NCBI GenBank assembly: GCA_038078835.1
Contig: JBBTQI010000005.1
Location: 43,901-107,900 of the forward strand
DNA: 64,000 nt
Direction: 5' to 3'
Origin: Patescibacteria group bacterium
GTDB lineage: Bacteria > Patescibacteriota > UBA1384 > XYA2-FULL-43-10 > 1-14-0-10-43-13
The position numbers were made by a program, and so were the translations under genes. Below are positions 34,306 through 43,939 of the stretch, piece by piece (positions within the stretch are counted from its first letter, which is position 1; every line of letters begins with the position of its first letter). Under the pieces are notes generated by a model. It saw only the letters and a program-made list of their open reading frames with translations. It was not told the DNA's origin and did not search any database.

Positions 34306-37284
34306 CTACCGAAATTTTTGGCTAGTGCGGGAGAGACCGACCCAGATCTTCTCGCCATCAATATCGTACTCCTTTTCGCCCTCCACTCGAAACTTGCCCC
34401 GATTGATGCCCTTGGCCAATATCTCCGAGGCAATCAGCTCTCCTTTCTTCTCCAAGACCTGAGTAAGCGGAGACGAACTCGTTTCGTAAAACATCATAAT
34501 CCGATCTTCTACCTCAAAACCACTCTCCTTGCGAAGAGATTGAATGTTTCGAATCAGCTCGCGCATCAAACCCTCCTGCTTTAATTCGGGAGTGATGGTA
34601 AAATCCAACTCGACATCGCCGCTCTCCTGCCAAATGACCGCCTTGACATTAACCTCTTCTTTAATTATCTCCTCTAAGTTGGCATCGAGTTTCTTGCCGC
34701 TGTAAGTTAATGACTTTAGGGGCTGGCGAATCTTAATGTTTTGTTCCGCCCGTCGGCTCAAGCCCCGCTCAACAACCTGCCGGACATTCGCCATTTCGGC
34801 CAGAATCGTGCTGTCGTAGCTTCTCTTCTTGGGAAAGTCGGTCAGATGGACCGACTCCGGATCGCTCTCTTGGCGCAAACCAAGATAAACTTTCTCGGCA
34901 AACATCGGTGTGAATGGTGCTGACAATTTCATAAATTCGCTTAAGACGTAATACAATGTCTCATAAGCAGACTTTTTATCCTCGTCATCTTCCGTTTTCC
35001 AGAAACGGCGCCGTGAACGGCGAACATACCACGTCGACAACTCGGCGACAAAATCACTCATCGCCCTTGCCGGACGATATGTTTCAAACCTGTTGAGATC
35101 CTCCGTCACCTCGCTTGCCAGTAACCGGAACCTCGCCGTTATCCAGCGATCAAGAACATTTTTGGAAACCGTTTTTCCGGCTGGGCTAAATTTATCAATC
35201 GAGGCGTACGTCACAAAAAATGAATATACGTTCCAGAGCGTCAAAAAGAAATTCCGCGACAGCGCCACCATCTCTTTGTCGGAGTAGAGCTTGGAATCAC
35301 CGGGCTGATTAACGGAGTAGAAAAACATTCTGGCCGCATCGGCGCCATACTTGTCAAAAACCTCACGCGGAAAAACAATATTCCCCTTTGACTTGGACAT
35401 CTTTTTACCATGCTCGTCGAGGAGATGCCCCAAGGAAATAACATTTTTGTAGGCAGGCTCATCACTTATAGCGGTCGAGACGGCCAGTAGAGTATAGAAC
35501 CAGCCTCTGGTCTGATCAACCGCCTCGGCGATAAAATCGGCCGGAAACTGACACGTCCTTGGCGTGTCATCCCGAGCGGTGCTGCCTGAAGTCAAGGGAT
35601 CTTTACAATCAATAAGCTCCTTGTTTTCAAAAGGATAGTGCCACTGGGCATAGGGCATCACCCCGGAATCCAGCCAAACATCCATCACCTCGGCCACCCG
35701 CTTCATTTGGCCGCCGCAGCTGCAATCAAAAACCACTTCGTCAATTTGGGGTTTGTGCGGATCAATATCGCCAACATCGCCCAAGGATGTTACAACTCTA
35801 TGTGCCTTGCACTTGCCGCACTCCCAAATCGGCAGAGGCGTTCCCCAGTAGCGGTCGCGAGAGATGGCCCAATCATTAATATTCTCCAGCCAGTTACCGA
35901 AACGACCCTCTTTGAGATGGCCGGGGATCCAGTTTATCTTTTTGTTGTTAGCCAAGAGCCTGTCGCGCAACTTGCTCATAGCAATATACCAGGAGTCGCG
36001 AGCAAAATAGAGAAGGGGCGAGTCGCAGCGCCAGCAAAAAGGATAGTCGTGAGCAATCTCTTCCCGCTTAAACAAAAGGTTTCGCTCGGTTAAATCAACT
36101 TTAATTTCGGAGTCAGCGTCCTTAACAAAACTTCCCTGCCCCGCTCCGGCCAGAAGCGTACCCTTCTCGTCAACGGTTTTTAAAACTTTTATATTATTTT
36201 TTTGATGGCCCCAAATATAGTCGTCCTCGCCAAAAGCGGGAGCGGTATGGACAACACCGGTGCCATCAGTGTCGGAGACAAAATCAGCCAAAATTAATTT
36301 GTAAATTTTCTCGCCGGCCTCGGCAAATTCCTCTCCTTCGGGATAAAGCGGTTTATAATCACGCTGATCATCTCTAGAATATTTTTCGATAACTTCCCGA
36401 CCGGAATAAGAACCAAGAATTTTTGCGCTATCTTTATCGCCCTTTAGCGCCCCGCTCAATACCTCCCCTACCCGATTCCGAGCAATGACTAATTTATCCC
36501 CCCGATATTCAACAATTTGATAGTCAATGTTCGGCCCCAAAGAGAGGGCGGCATTGCCGGGCAGTGTCCAGGGTGTTGTTGTCCAAACCAGAAAATATGT
36601 TCCGGGCTCCTTCTCTGATTCAAGTTTAACATAGACGGACTCTTCGACTACCTCTTTGTAGCCAAGCGCAACCTCGTGCGAGGAGAGAGCGGTGCCGCAA
36701 CGCGGGCAGTAAGGCACAACTTTGTGGCCCCGATACAACAGGCCCCTTTTGTCGATCTCGCCGATCGCCCACCAGACCGTCTCGATATATTTTGGGTCAT
36801 AGGTAATATAGGGGTCGGAGAGATCGAGCCAGTAGCCCATCCTCTGCGTTAGCCACTCCCACTCCGATTTGTACTTCCAAACCGATTCCCGGCAAAGCTG
36901 ATTAAATTTGGCGATTGAGGCCTTTTTGTCGCCCGGCACCAGGTTTTCGATCTCACCCTTGCCGGAGATGCCGAGTGACTTTTCAACCTCAAGCTCAACC
37001 GGCAATCCGTGCGTATCCCAGCCGGCCTTGCGCCAAACCATATAGCCTTGCATGGTTTTGTAACGGGGGAAAAGGTCCTTAAAGGAGCGCGCCTCAACAT
37101 GATGCAAGCCCGGCCGGCCGTTAGCCGTTGGCGGGCCCTCATAGAAAACAAAGTTCTTTTTGCCCTTGTTTTTGGCTAAAGATTTTTTAAAGATATCGTT
37201 CTTTTGCCAAAACTCCAGAACATCTTCCTCGGCTTTGGGCAAATCCAATTTTGGGTTAACTTTCTTGAACATCACAATCATCAA
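34306..37284 (-). CDS. ileS: Isoleucyl-tRNA synthetase
   Basis: HIGH-class motifs (PPTANGRPGLHH, KMSKS), zinc-binding C-terminal domain. Confidence 0.9.
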   Translation of the reverse strand: MMIVMFKKVNPKLDLPKAEEDVLEFWQKNDIFKKSLAKNKGKKNFVFYEGPPTANGRPGLHHVEARSFKDLFPRYKTMQGYMVWRKAGWDTHGLPVELEVEKSLGISGKGEIENLVPGDKKASIAKFNQLCRESVWKYKSEWEWLTQRMGYWLDLSDPYITYDPKYIETVWWAIGEIDKRGLLYRGHKVVPYCPRCGTALSSHEVALGYKEVVEESVYVKLESEKEPGTYFLVWTTTPWTLPGNAALSLGPNIDYQIVEYRGDKLVIARNRVGEVLSGALKGDKDSAKILGSYSGREVIEKYSRDDQRDYKPLYPEGEEFAEAGEKIYKLILADFVSDTDGTGVVHTAPAFGEDDYIWGHQKNNIKVLKTVDEKGTLLAGAGQGSFVKDADSEIKVDLTERNLLFKREEIAHDYPFCWRCDSPLLYFARDSWYIAMSKLRDRLLANNKKINWIPGHLKEGRFGNWLENINDWAISRDRYWGTPLPIWECGKCKAHRVVTSLGDVGDIDPHKPQIDEVVFDCSCGGQMKRVAEVMDVWLDSGVMPYAQWHYPFENKELIDCKDPLTSGSTARDDTPRTCQFPADFIAEAVDQTRGWFYTLLAVSTAISDEPAYKNVISLGHLLDEHGKKMSKSKGNIVFPREVFDKYGADAARMFFYSVNQPGDSKLYSDKEMVALSRNFFLTLWNVYSFFVTYASIDKFSPAGKTVSKNVLDRWITARFRLLASEVTEDLNRFETYRPARAMSDFVAELSTWYVRRSRRRFWKTEDDEDKKSAYETLYYVLSEFMKLSAPFTPMFAEKVYLGLRQESDPESVHLTDFPKKRSYDSTILAEMANVRQVVERGLSRRAEQNIKIRQPLKSLTYSGKKLDANLEEIIKEEVNVKAVIWQESGDVELDFTITPELKQEGLMRELIRNIQSLRKESGFEVEDRIMMFYETSSSPLTQVLEKKGELIASEILAKGINRGKFRVEGEKEYDIDGEKIWVGLSRTSQKFR

Positions 37285-37639
37285 AAATCCACAAAAAAAC
37301 GCTTGCTTGTGTTTTTATCATACTCGAATCAGCCCTCTATTTCAACAGTCTTGCTCCGTGATTTCAGTCCGGAGACTATTCTTATCGAGCTTTTGGGTAC
37401 TTGATAATATTCCGATAGGGCATCGGTCACCGCTCGGTTGGCCTCTCCCTCCACCGGCTTGGCTCGCACCCACAGTTTGGCATGCCATCCAGCCCCATCT
37501 GCAACTGCTCAACCTTCGCCCCCGGCACCACTTTTATATTTATTCTCGGCATAACTACAACAACTTTGACCACTTATGGTGCGACCGCATCACAAGTGAT
37601 CATTTTGGGCCGAAAACCTTCAATAGTATTCATTTATCT

Positions 37640-38083
37640 TTACTTTCGGGTCCTAGCGGCTTCGTCCAGGGCCTCGTTGACGAGTTTGTCGGCGAGTTTG
37701 TTTTGCTCACGCGGAACGTGAATAAAAGAGATCCTTATTTTATGCGTTTGAACAAAGTTCTTAATTTTATCAATGAGTTCGCGCAAATGATCCTGCTTGA
37801 TCTTATAATTACCGCCGAGCTGTTCAACGACAAGCTTGCTGTCCAGGCGGCAGACAACCTCACCGCCATTACCGTCATTTTCCTTGAGCCACTTGCTTTT
37901 ACCCAAAATTTCACAAGCTCTAATAAGGGCTTGGTACTCCGCCTCGTTATTAGTGGCCTTGCCAATATACTCCTTGTGAGTGTGAATAATATTGCCGGCC
38001 TCATCACTAAAAACAACCCCGATCGCCGCCGGACCGGGATTGCCTCTTGAACCGCCATCTGTATTGATAAAAATAGTTTTCAT
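37640..38083 (-). CDS. rnhA: Ribonuclease HI
   Basis: Track ORF trimmed to MKTIFINTDGGSRGNPGPAAIGVV... Confidence 0.8.
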   Translation of the reverse strand: MKTIFINTDGGSRGNPGPAAIGVVFSDEAGNIIHTHKEYIGKATNNEAEYQALIRACEILGKSKWLKENDGNGGEVVCRLDSKLVVEQLGGNYKIKQDHLRELIDKIKNFVQTHKIRISFIHVPREQNKLADKLVNEALDEAARTRK

Positions 38084-38169
38084 GCCGCAATGAGAATACT
38101 CCCTTTCGATTATTATTCTACCTCCCCTAACCCCTCCTGCTCCAGGAGGGGAACTAAAATCCACGAAAA

Positions 38170-39186
38170 TTATAGGCCGAGGCCGACTTTATTCTTGACG
38201 TCTTCGAGGGTGCGCTGAGCCACGAGGGCAACCTCCTCGGCGCCGCGGTTTAAAATCTCCAGCAAACTGCTGTAATTCTCAATATACTTGTAGTAGCGCA
38301 CCTGAATCGGACGCAGGAATTCAATCACCGCTTCGGCTAGCGCCTCCTTGAACTCGGCGTAGCTTTTGCCGCTAAATTTCTTCTCAAGTTCACTGATGCT
38401 CCGACCGCTTACTTCACTGTAGATATTCAACAGGTTAGTCAGGGCCGGCTTGTCTGCATCCGCCCGCACCTCTGTGCCAGAATCGGTGACAGCTCGCTTA
38501 ATTTTATTGCGGATGGTGTCAACATCGTCGGTCAGAGCAATATAGTTGCTGGGCGAAGCGGACTTGCTCATCTTCTTTACCGGATCATCAAGACCCATTA
38601 TCCGGGCGGATTCTTTTTTAATCATCGGCTCGGGAACCGCAAAGGTCTGGCCATAGCGACTATTAAACCGTGTTGCCAGATCGCGCGTCAGCTCGACGTG
38701 CTGTTTCTGATCTTCTCCTACCGGCACGTGAGTCGTCTGATATAAAAGGATATCTGCCGCCATCAGCACCGGATAATCAAAGAGGCCGACCAAGGCGCCC
38801 TGCCGGGAAAATTGCCCGGTCTTATCCTTAAACTGCGTCATACGGCTAAGTTCGCCCATTGAGGTGAAGGTTTTTAATATCCAGGCCAGTTCGGTATGTT
38901 CGGGACGGGTTGATTGAACAAAGATATGAGACCTCTTGGGGTCGATTCCCGCTGCCAAATATATTGCCGCCACCGCCAAAATATTTTTTTTGAGCTCTTT
39001 GGGGTCTTGGGGCACAGTGATAGCATGAAGGTCGACAACACAAAATACGCACTCTGTGCGTCCCGAACTTGATTCGGGATCCATTCCGTACTTGTCCTGG
39101 AGTTCGACCCACTGCTTAATCGCTCCAAGATAGTTGCCCAGATGCAAAATCCCTGACGGCTGAATACCGGAAAAAATTCTTCTCAT
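38170..39186 (-). CDS. trpS: Tryptophanyl-tRNA synthetase
   Basis: SGIQPSG..HLGNY and KMSKS motifs (start trimmed to MRRIF). Confidence 0.9.
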   Translation of the reverse strand: MRRIFSGIQPSGILHLGNYLGAIKQWVELQDKYGMDPESSSGRTECVFCVVDLHAITVPQDPKELKKNILAVAAIYLAAGIDPKRSHIFVQSTRPEHTELAWILKTFTSMGELSRMTQFKDKTGQFSRQGALVGLFDYPVLMAADILLYQTTHVPVGEDQKQHVELTRDLATRFNSRYGQTFAVPEPMIKKESARIMGLDDPVKKMSKSASPSNYIALTDDVDTIRNKIKRAVTDSGTEVRADADKPALTNLLNIYSEVSGRSISELEKKFSGKSYAEFKEALAEAVIEFLRPIQVRYYKYIENYSSLLEILNRGAEEVALVAQRTLEDVKNKVGLGL

Positions 39187-39263
39187 AGAATATTCCTCTT
39201 TGTCCAAAAACATAAATCGAAGATTTCTCTCGCCGACGGCGAATCGAAATGACTGTTATAATC

Positions 39264-39902
39264 TTAATCGTAATTTCGCGAAGTGGCAAGAGATTTGATC
39301 GTAACGGCGGCATTATCGGCAATATTTTCGCCCCTCCGAATGACCTCAACCGAAAATCCGACGAAGGGCTGGCGGGTTGCCGGCATAACCGAGGGCGCAA
39401 AACCGGACAGCCGCAATGTTGTCTCAAACTCCTCGTCAACAATCGCCGGAGTGCTGGCTACCTCGCTAATTATCGCCTGGTTAATCTGGTTTAGGGAGGA
39501 ATATTTTTTATAGCGAAGGCGGCCGGCGGAGTTTAGGTAAAAACCAACACCGTCTGAGAGCCCGACAACGAGCGCGTTGGCCTCGGTCGTCTCCGGCGCC
39601 GTATTGCCAACCGCCTGGCAACTGTTGTCGCTGCAATTTAAAATCGCCAAACCCCGAAACTCCAGCGAATGAAGGCTGAATCTTCGACTGTCGTCAGCCT
39701 GGCGAATATCGCGCGTCAGCATATCGGTAATGCGCCGAGCATTTTCCGATACTCCCCGCATTGCTTTGAGCTTGCGCTGATAGGTGATCGCCTGAGTTGT
39801 TGTCGCCGTTACCAAAACCATCATCACGGCAAAAATCGTGGCGGCAATTAATATCTCCATTAGAGTAAAGCCGGGGGTCTTTTTATGGATTTTTTGCGTC
39901 AT
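39264..39902 (-). CDS. Prepilin-type N-terminal cleavage/methylation protein (pseudopilin)
   Basis: GFTLMEILIA class III signal. Confidence 0.7.
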   Translation of the reverse strand: MTQKIHKKTPGFTLMEILIAATIFAVMMVLVTATTTQAITYQRKLKAMRGVSENARRITDMLTRDIRQADDSRRFSLHSLEFRGLAILNCSDNSCQAVGNTAPETTEANALVVGLSDGVGFYLNSAGRLRYKKYSSLNQINQAIISEVASTPAIVDEEFETTLRLSGFAPSVMPATRQPFVGFSVEVIRRGENIADNAAVTIKSLATSRNYD

Positions 39903-39926
39903 CTTTTTTTATGGATTTTTTGCGTC

Positions 39927-40499
39927 CTAATAGTTTGGCCGCCAGTTAGTCAAAATCTCGCTGAGACGATATGAATCACTCCGCCAGCGCACCTCGATAT
40001 CAACCCGGAGAGCATTACTGTCGCGATTTGTAATCCCCCGGGCCAAAAGGTCGCCGGCGGGTCGGCTGATTCTAACCGAACGGATAAACTCCAAGCCGTC
40101 TACTGTTGTTGCGTCCTGGTTGGCCGAACCATCGGCAATTAGATAATAGCGGTCGCCCGATAAGCGCAGATAACCGGCAATATCGCCGTCCGTTGTAATC
40201 CGGGAGAGGGCAGAGGCCTTGTCCGGCGTCAGCGAGTCCCAGCCAGTGGCGTTGTCGCCATCGATCCAGTTAGTATCTCTAATCTGCCGGACAATCTCAA
40301 TCCCCTCCCCCGCCAGGTAGGCGGCTTGAGCCCGTTCGGTCAGATGGTCGCTGGTATCCATCGCCGCCCGGCCAACTGTTACCAGTGCGCCCAGCAAAGT
40401 CATAATGATAACGGCCGAGATTAGAACTTCGAGCAGACCAAAACCGGATTTTGTCTTTAGGGGGAGGAAACTCCTTACTTTTGAATGATGATTCGCCAT
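39927..40499 (-). CDS. Pseudopilin
   Basis: GFGLLEVLIS prepilin motif. Confidence 0.7.
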   Translation of the reverse strand: MANHHSKVRSFLPLKTKSGFGLLEVLISAVIIMTLLGALVTVGRAAMDTSDHLTERAQAAYLAGEGIEIVRQIRDTNWIDGDNATGWDSLTPDKASALSRITTDGDIAGYLRLSGDRYYLIADGSANQDATTVDGLEFIRSVRISRPAGDLLARGITNRDSNALRVDIEVRWRSDSYRLSEILTNWRPNY

Positions 40500-40960
40500 G
40501 GGTCGGGCACTATTGAATAAGAAACGTTTTTATTAATCTTGGTGTCGGAGTAAATAAAGATCACTGTGCTCTCCGTTGGGCGCACGACATTGTCGAGCGC
40601 GTCTCTCAGTTGGCAAATTTGACCCGGCGAAAGACACTCCAGGCGATAATTTCCAGCCACCGACTCATTTTCGCCCAGATTTATCGCGCCCACAACCTGA
40701 GACAGATTATTGGTTAACTCGATTGTCCCGCCGGCCGCATCCGGCACCAAACGATAACTCTCGACATCTTTTTCCGGATTTTTCGCCCGCGTAATTGCCT
40801 GGGCGGCAAGCGACTCGATTTCGGCCGCGCGGTTATCGAAGCGATTCTTCTGGCCGTAATCCTCCATCGCCGGAATCGCCGCCAGGGCCATCATCACAAT
40901 AATGGCAGTTGTGATTGCCACCTCAATAAAGGTAAACCCCCTTTTCCGAACTGGACTCAT
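40475..40960 (-). CDS. Pseudopilin
   Basis: RGFTFIEVAIT prepilin motif. Confidence 0.7.
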   Translation of the reverse strand: MSPVRKRGFTFIEVAITTAIIVMMALAAIPAMEDYGQKNRFDNRAAEIESLAAQAITRAKNPEKDVESYRLVPDAAGGTIELTNNLSQVVGAINLGENESVAGNYRLECLSPGQICQLRDALDNVVRPTESTVIFIYSDTKINKNVSYSIVPDPWRIIIQK

Positions 40961-40961
40961 A

Positions 40962-41723
40962 TTAATAACCGAACAAATTATTGAAGTACCAATTAATAAT
41001 ACTCCGGCCGGAGACTAAAGCCAGAAGCATAGCAACAATCAGAAAGGGAGCAAAGGGCAGGGCATCCTTGAGCTTTTTCCCGCCAAAGGCGATTAAGCCG
41101 ACGCCAAGGACTGAGCCGAGAACAAAGGAGAGAAAGAGGCCCAAAATAACCAGGGGGTAACCCAGCAGTAAACCAAGTATGGCGCCGATCTTGATATCGC
41201 CCGACCCCATCCATCTTTCTCGGGAAACAAGTACTAAAAGACCGGGAACGCCGCCGCCAATCAAACCGCCGGCAAGAGACTGGCCAAAACCCATATTGCC
41301 AAAGTACCAGCCAAAGAGAAGTGTCAGACCAAGCGTTGCCCAAGCAAACTCCTCCGGAATAAGCTGGCGGAGAAGATCGTAGACAAAGACCACGGCCAAG
41401 AGGGCGAAGACGGCACCATAAAAAAGAAGGTGCCAGGAAAAGCCGAACTCCAGATAAAGCAGGGTGACCACCAGCGCAAAACCGGCCTCAACCAGAGGAT
41501 ATTGCCAGGAGATCGGCTGACTGCAGTGCCGGCAACGCGCTTTCAGCAAAGCAAAGGAGAGAAGCGGCACAAGATCATACCACGCCAGATTCTTTTTGCA
41601 GTTGGGGCAATGAGACCGGCCGCGCCAAATTGAATGCAGATCATCGATGCGGGCAATAACCACATTTAAAAAACTGCCGGCCGCCAAACCAAGCAAAACC
41701 GATAAAATCAAGCCGTTGTACAT
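40962..41723 (-). CDS. pilD: Prepilin peptidase (A24 family)
   Basis: N-terminal CxxC...CxxC zinc motif and the usual A24 TM core. Confidence 0.85.
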   Translation of the reverse strand: MYNGLILSVLLGLAAGSFLNVVIARIDDLHSIWRGRSHCPNCKKNLAWYDLVPLLSFALLKARCRHCSQPISWQYPLVEAGFALVVTLLYLEFGFSWHLLFYGAVFALLAVVFVYDLLRQLIPEEFAWATLGLTLLFGWYFGNMGFGQSLAGGLIGGGVPGLLVLVSRERWMGSGDIKIGAILGLLLGYPLVILGLFLSFVLGSVLGVGLIAFGGKKLKDALPFAPFLIVAMLLALVSGRSIINWYFNNLFGY

Positions 41724-41784
41724 TATTTATCCTCAATTCAAAACCTGCTCAACCCCCCAGCCCCGAGGGCAATAATCAAGATAC

Positions 41785-41870
41785 AAGCTCTAGTCTAGCA
41801 GCACATTAGCAAGCTAGCATATTAGCTGATTAGCTATCTTACTAACACGCTAACCACTGATTGGTTATTG
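41785..41870. repeat. TAGC-rich module, looser copy between pilA and pilD
   Basis: Reverse complement carries ttagcgtgYtag...tagctaatYagcta...gctagc. Confidence 0.35.
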
Positions 41871-41933
41871 CATCCTGGTCGTTGCCCATAGGGCTAGGGA
41901 GTCTTAGCAGGGCCTAAAATTCCGGCCTAACCT

Positions 41934-42395
41934 CTAATCGTTGCCGACATAGTAATCGGCGGTATAGCCGGTTGCGGCACCGTAGCCGGTTGGCGGAGTG
42001 GTCAACCTGTCCGGATCATTATTGTTTTCCAGGTCGGCCATAAGATAATAGTTGACCGCCGGATTGGCATCCGACTGATACGAATAGGCGGTGTCAGCAT
42101 CGGCCTGGGGATCATTCGGGATCGTCTTAATATACGGCGAGGAACCACCCGAAAGCGGAGTCGTCAGGGTAGCGGCAACAGTCGCGGCAGTCGTACTCGC
42201 AACATAGGTGCCGTTAGCCTGATCGGCAGCGTAAACCTCCAAGGCGGTTTTAAGCTGGCGCAGATCGCTCTTTCGGGTCGCGTCCCGGGCTTTAGCGCGG
42301 GCGCCGCCCAGAGCAACCAGAACCATCGACGCCAGGATGCCGATAATAGCAATAACAACCAAAAGCTCAATTAAGGTAAAACCCTTTTTGTTCAT
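41934..42395 (-). CDS. pilA: Type IV major pilin
   Basis: [22 protein letters not shown]... then a variable C-terminal domain. Confidence 0.85.
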   Translation of the reverse strand: MNKKGFTLIELLVVIAIIGILASMVLVALGGARAKARDATRKSDLRQLKTALEVYAADQANGTYVASTTAATVAATLTTPLSGGSSPYIKTIPNDPQADADTAYSYQSDANPAVNYYLMADLENNNDPDRLTTPPTGYGAATGYTADYYVGND

Positions 42396-42551
42396 TGTCT
42401 CCTCCTTTTCATTCTAAATTCCAGGACTGTATCGACCTACCCTCCTGCCAGCCGCGTTTGACGCGGCACTCAGGAGAACAATCCTCGATACTTAATAAAA
42501 CACGATTTGTATTTGGTAGTTTGTATTTAGTAATTACGCTTGATGTGCAAT

Positions 42552-42580
42552 TGTCATCCCCGACCCGATCGGGGATGACA
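42552..42580. repeat. Hairpin family H1, compact copy (tgtcatccccga-cccga-tcggggatgaca), between pilC and pilA
   Basis: 12-bp perfect stem; on minus strand reads cgGGgatgacaaTTGCAc (weak sigma54-like GG/TTGCA spacing). Confidence 0.5.
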
Positions 42581-42624
42581 GATTAAGGGAGAGGTTTGGT
42601 ATTTTGTATTCAGGTGATACGTGA

Positions 42625-43821
42625 TCACTGTATCTGAGCCAGGTTATAGATGGGCACAAGAATAGCAAAGACCAGGAAAGCAACACCAATACCTATTATA
42701 ACTAAAACAACCGGTTCAATCAAAGTGGATATCGTCTTAATGCGGTTAGACGTGTCCTCCTCAAAGTAATCGGCCACTCGCCCGAGCACCTTGTCGAGCT
42801 GGCCCGTCTCCTCGCCAACCGCAACCATCTGGCCGAGCATTTGAGGAAAAACGGGATTTTTGATCAGTTCGGTCGAAAGCGGCACCCCCCGCTCAATCCG
42901 GGTAATCATATTAAGAATGCTCTCTTCGTAGATCTCATTATTCACAATTGTAGCACTAGTCCGCAAAGAGTCCAAGAGGGAAACGCCAGCGCCAATAAGC
43001 ATCTCCAAGACACGAGAAAAACGACCGATATAGATGCCCTCAATAAATTTTCCCAGGACAGGCACCTCGATTTTGGCCAAATTGACGGTTCTCGATCCTG
43101 ACTCCGAAGCAAGCCAAAGCCGCAAAACCAGGCCGATGATCAGCAAAACAATCAACAGGGCCCACCAGTAAACAACAAAGAAATCCGAAATCGCCAAGAG
43201 CATCCGGGTCGCCAGCGGCAGTGTTGCCTGCGCCTGCTCAAACATCTGTTTTAGCTGCGGCACAATCGTCATAAGCATATAAACAGCGACACCAATCATT
43301 GCCAGGAGTAAAAAGACGGGATAATACAAAACGCTCTTTATGCAATTGGTAAAGGAGTGCTGCTTCTCCAGCTGATTCGCCAACTGATTCAAAACCACAT
43401 CCAACCGGCCGGTTGTTTCGCCGGAGTTAATAACGCTGACAAAAACACGGTCAAAAGCCTCGGGGTGCTTGGCAAGAGCGCGCGAGAAACTCGCCCCCTC
43501 CTCAAGATCACGGTAGAGGTCGTGATAGATGCGACGCAAACGCTCGTTTTGGGCTTGAGCCGCCACAATCGTAAGCGCCTTGGTCAGCGGCAATCCGGCC
43601 GATATCATCGTGGAGAGCAAGCGGGCAAAAATCGCTTTGTCGCGCAAAGTGATGCGCCGGCCAAACGGCAAAATAAAGCGGTGCCTCTCTGCCGCCACAA
43701 CCTCCAGGGGGACAAGGCTATGATGAAGCAGGATTTGCTCCGCGTCGGATTGACCGGGAGCCTTAACGGTCCCGGTAACGACTTCTCCCTTGCTGTCTTT
43801 TGCTTTATATAAAAATCTCAT
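42625..43821 (-). CDS. pilC: Type IV pilus inner-membrane platform protein PilC/GspF
   Basis: Two GspF repeats. Confidence 0.85.
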   Translation of the reverse strand: MRFLYKAKDSKGEVVTGTVKAPGQSDAEQILLHHSLVPLEVVAAERHRFILPFGRRITLRDKAIFARLLSTMISAGLPLTKALTIVAAQAQNERLRRIYHDLYRDLEEGASFSRALAKHPEAFDRVFVSVINSGETTGRLDVVLNQLANQLEKQHSFTNCIKSVLYYPVFLLLAMIGVAVYMLMTIVPQLKQMFEQAQATLPLATRMLLAISDFFVVYWWALLIVLLIIGLVLRLWLASESGSRTVNLAKIEVPVLGKFIEGIYIGRFSRVLEMLIGAGVSLLDSLRTSATIVNNEIYEESILNMITRIERGVPLSTELIKNPVFPQMLGQMVAVGEETGQLDKVLGRVADYFEEDTSNRIKTISTLIEPVVLVIIGIGVAFLVFAILVPIYNLAQIQ

Positions 43822-43939
43822 CGCACTACGTGCTCCAGAAATGGATGACTAATATTCATACCCCATCCAACTTCCCCTATCTCAGGGGGAAGAGCCATTC
43901 GTTATTCGCCATTTGGTTAATTCGTTATCCGTTTTTGTT
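43822..43939 (-). promoter_or_regulatory. pilT-pilC intergenic leader, homologous to the nusG-rplK leader
   Basis: See 31812..31918; has an extra cttcccc-tatctca-ggggaag hairpin. Confidence 0.4.

Noticed and set aside
37285-37639. T-box or other riboswitch in the 355-nt region upstream of ileS
   Set aside because: No T-box conserved sequence (AATTAGGGTGGTACCGCG-like) or specifier/antiterminator arrangement found by eye; left as long leader.
37160-38050. 296-aa plus-strand ORF
   Set aside because: Antisense to the well-supported rnhA gene, with no RBS.
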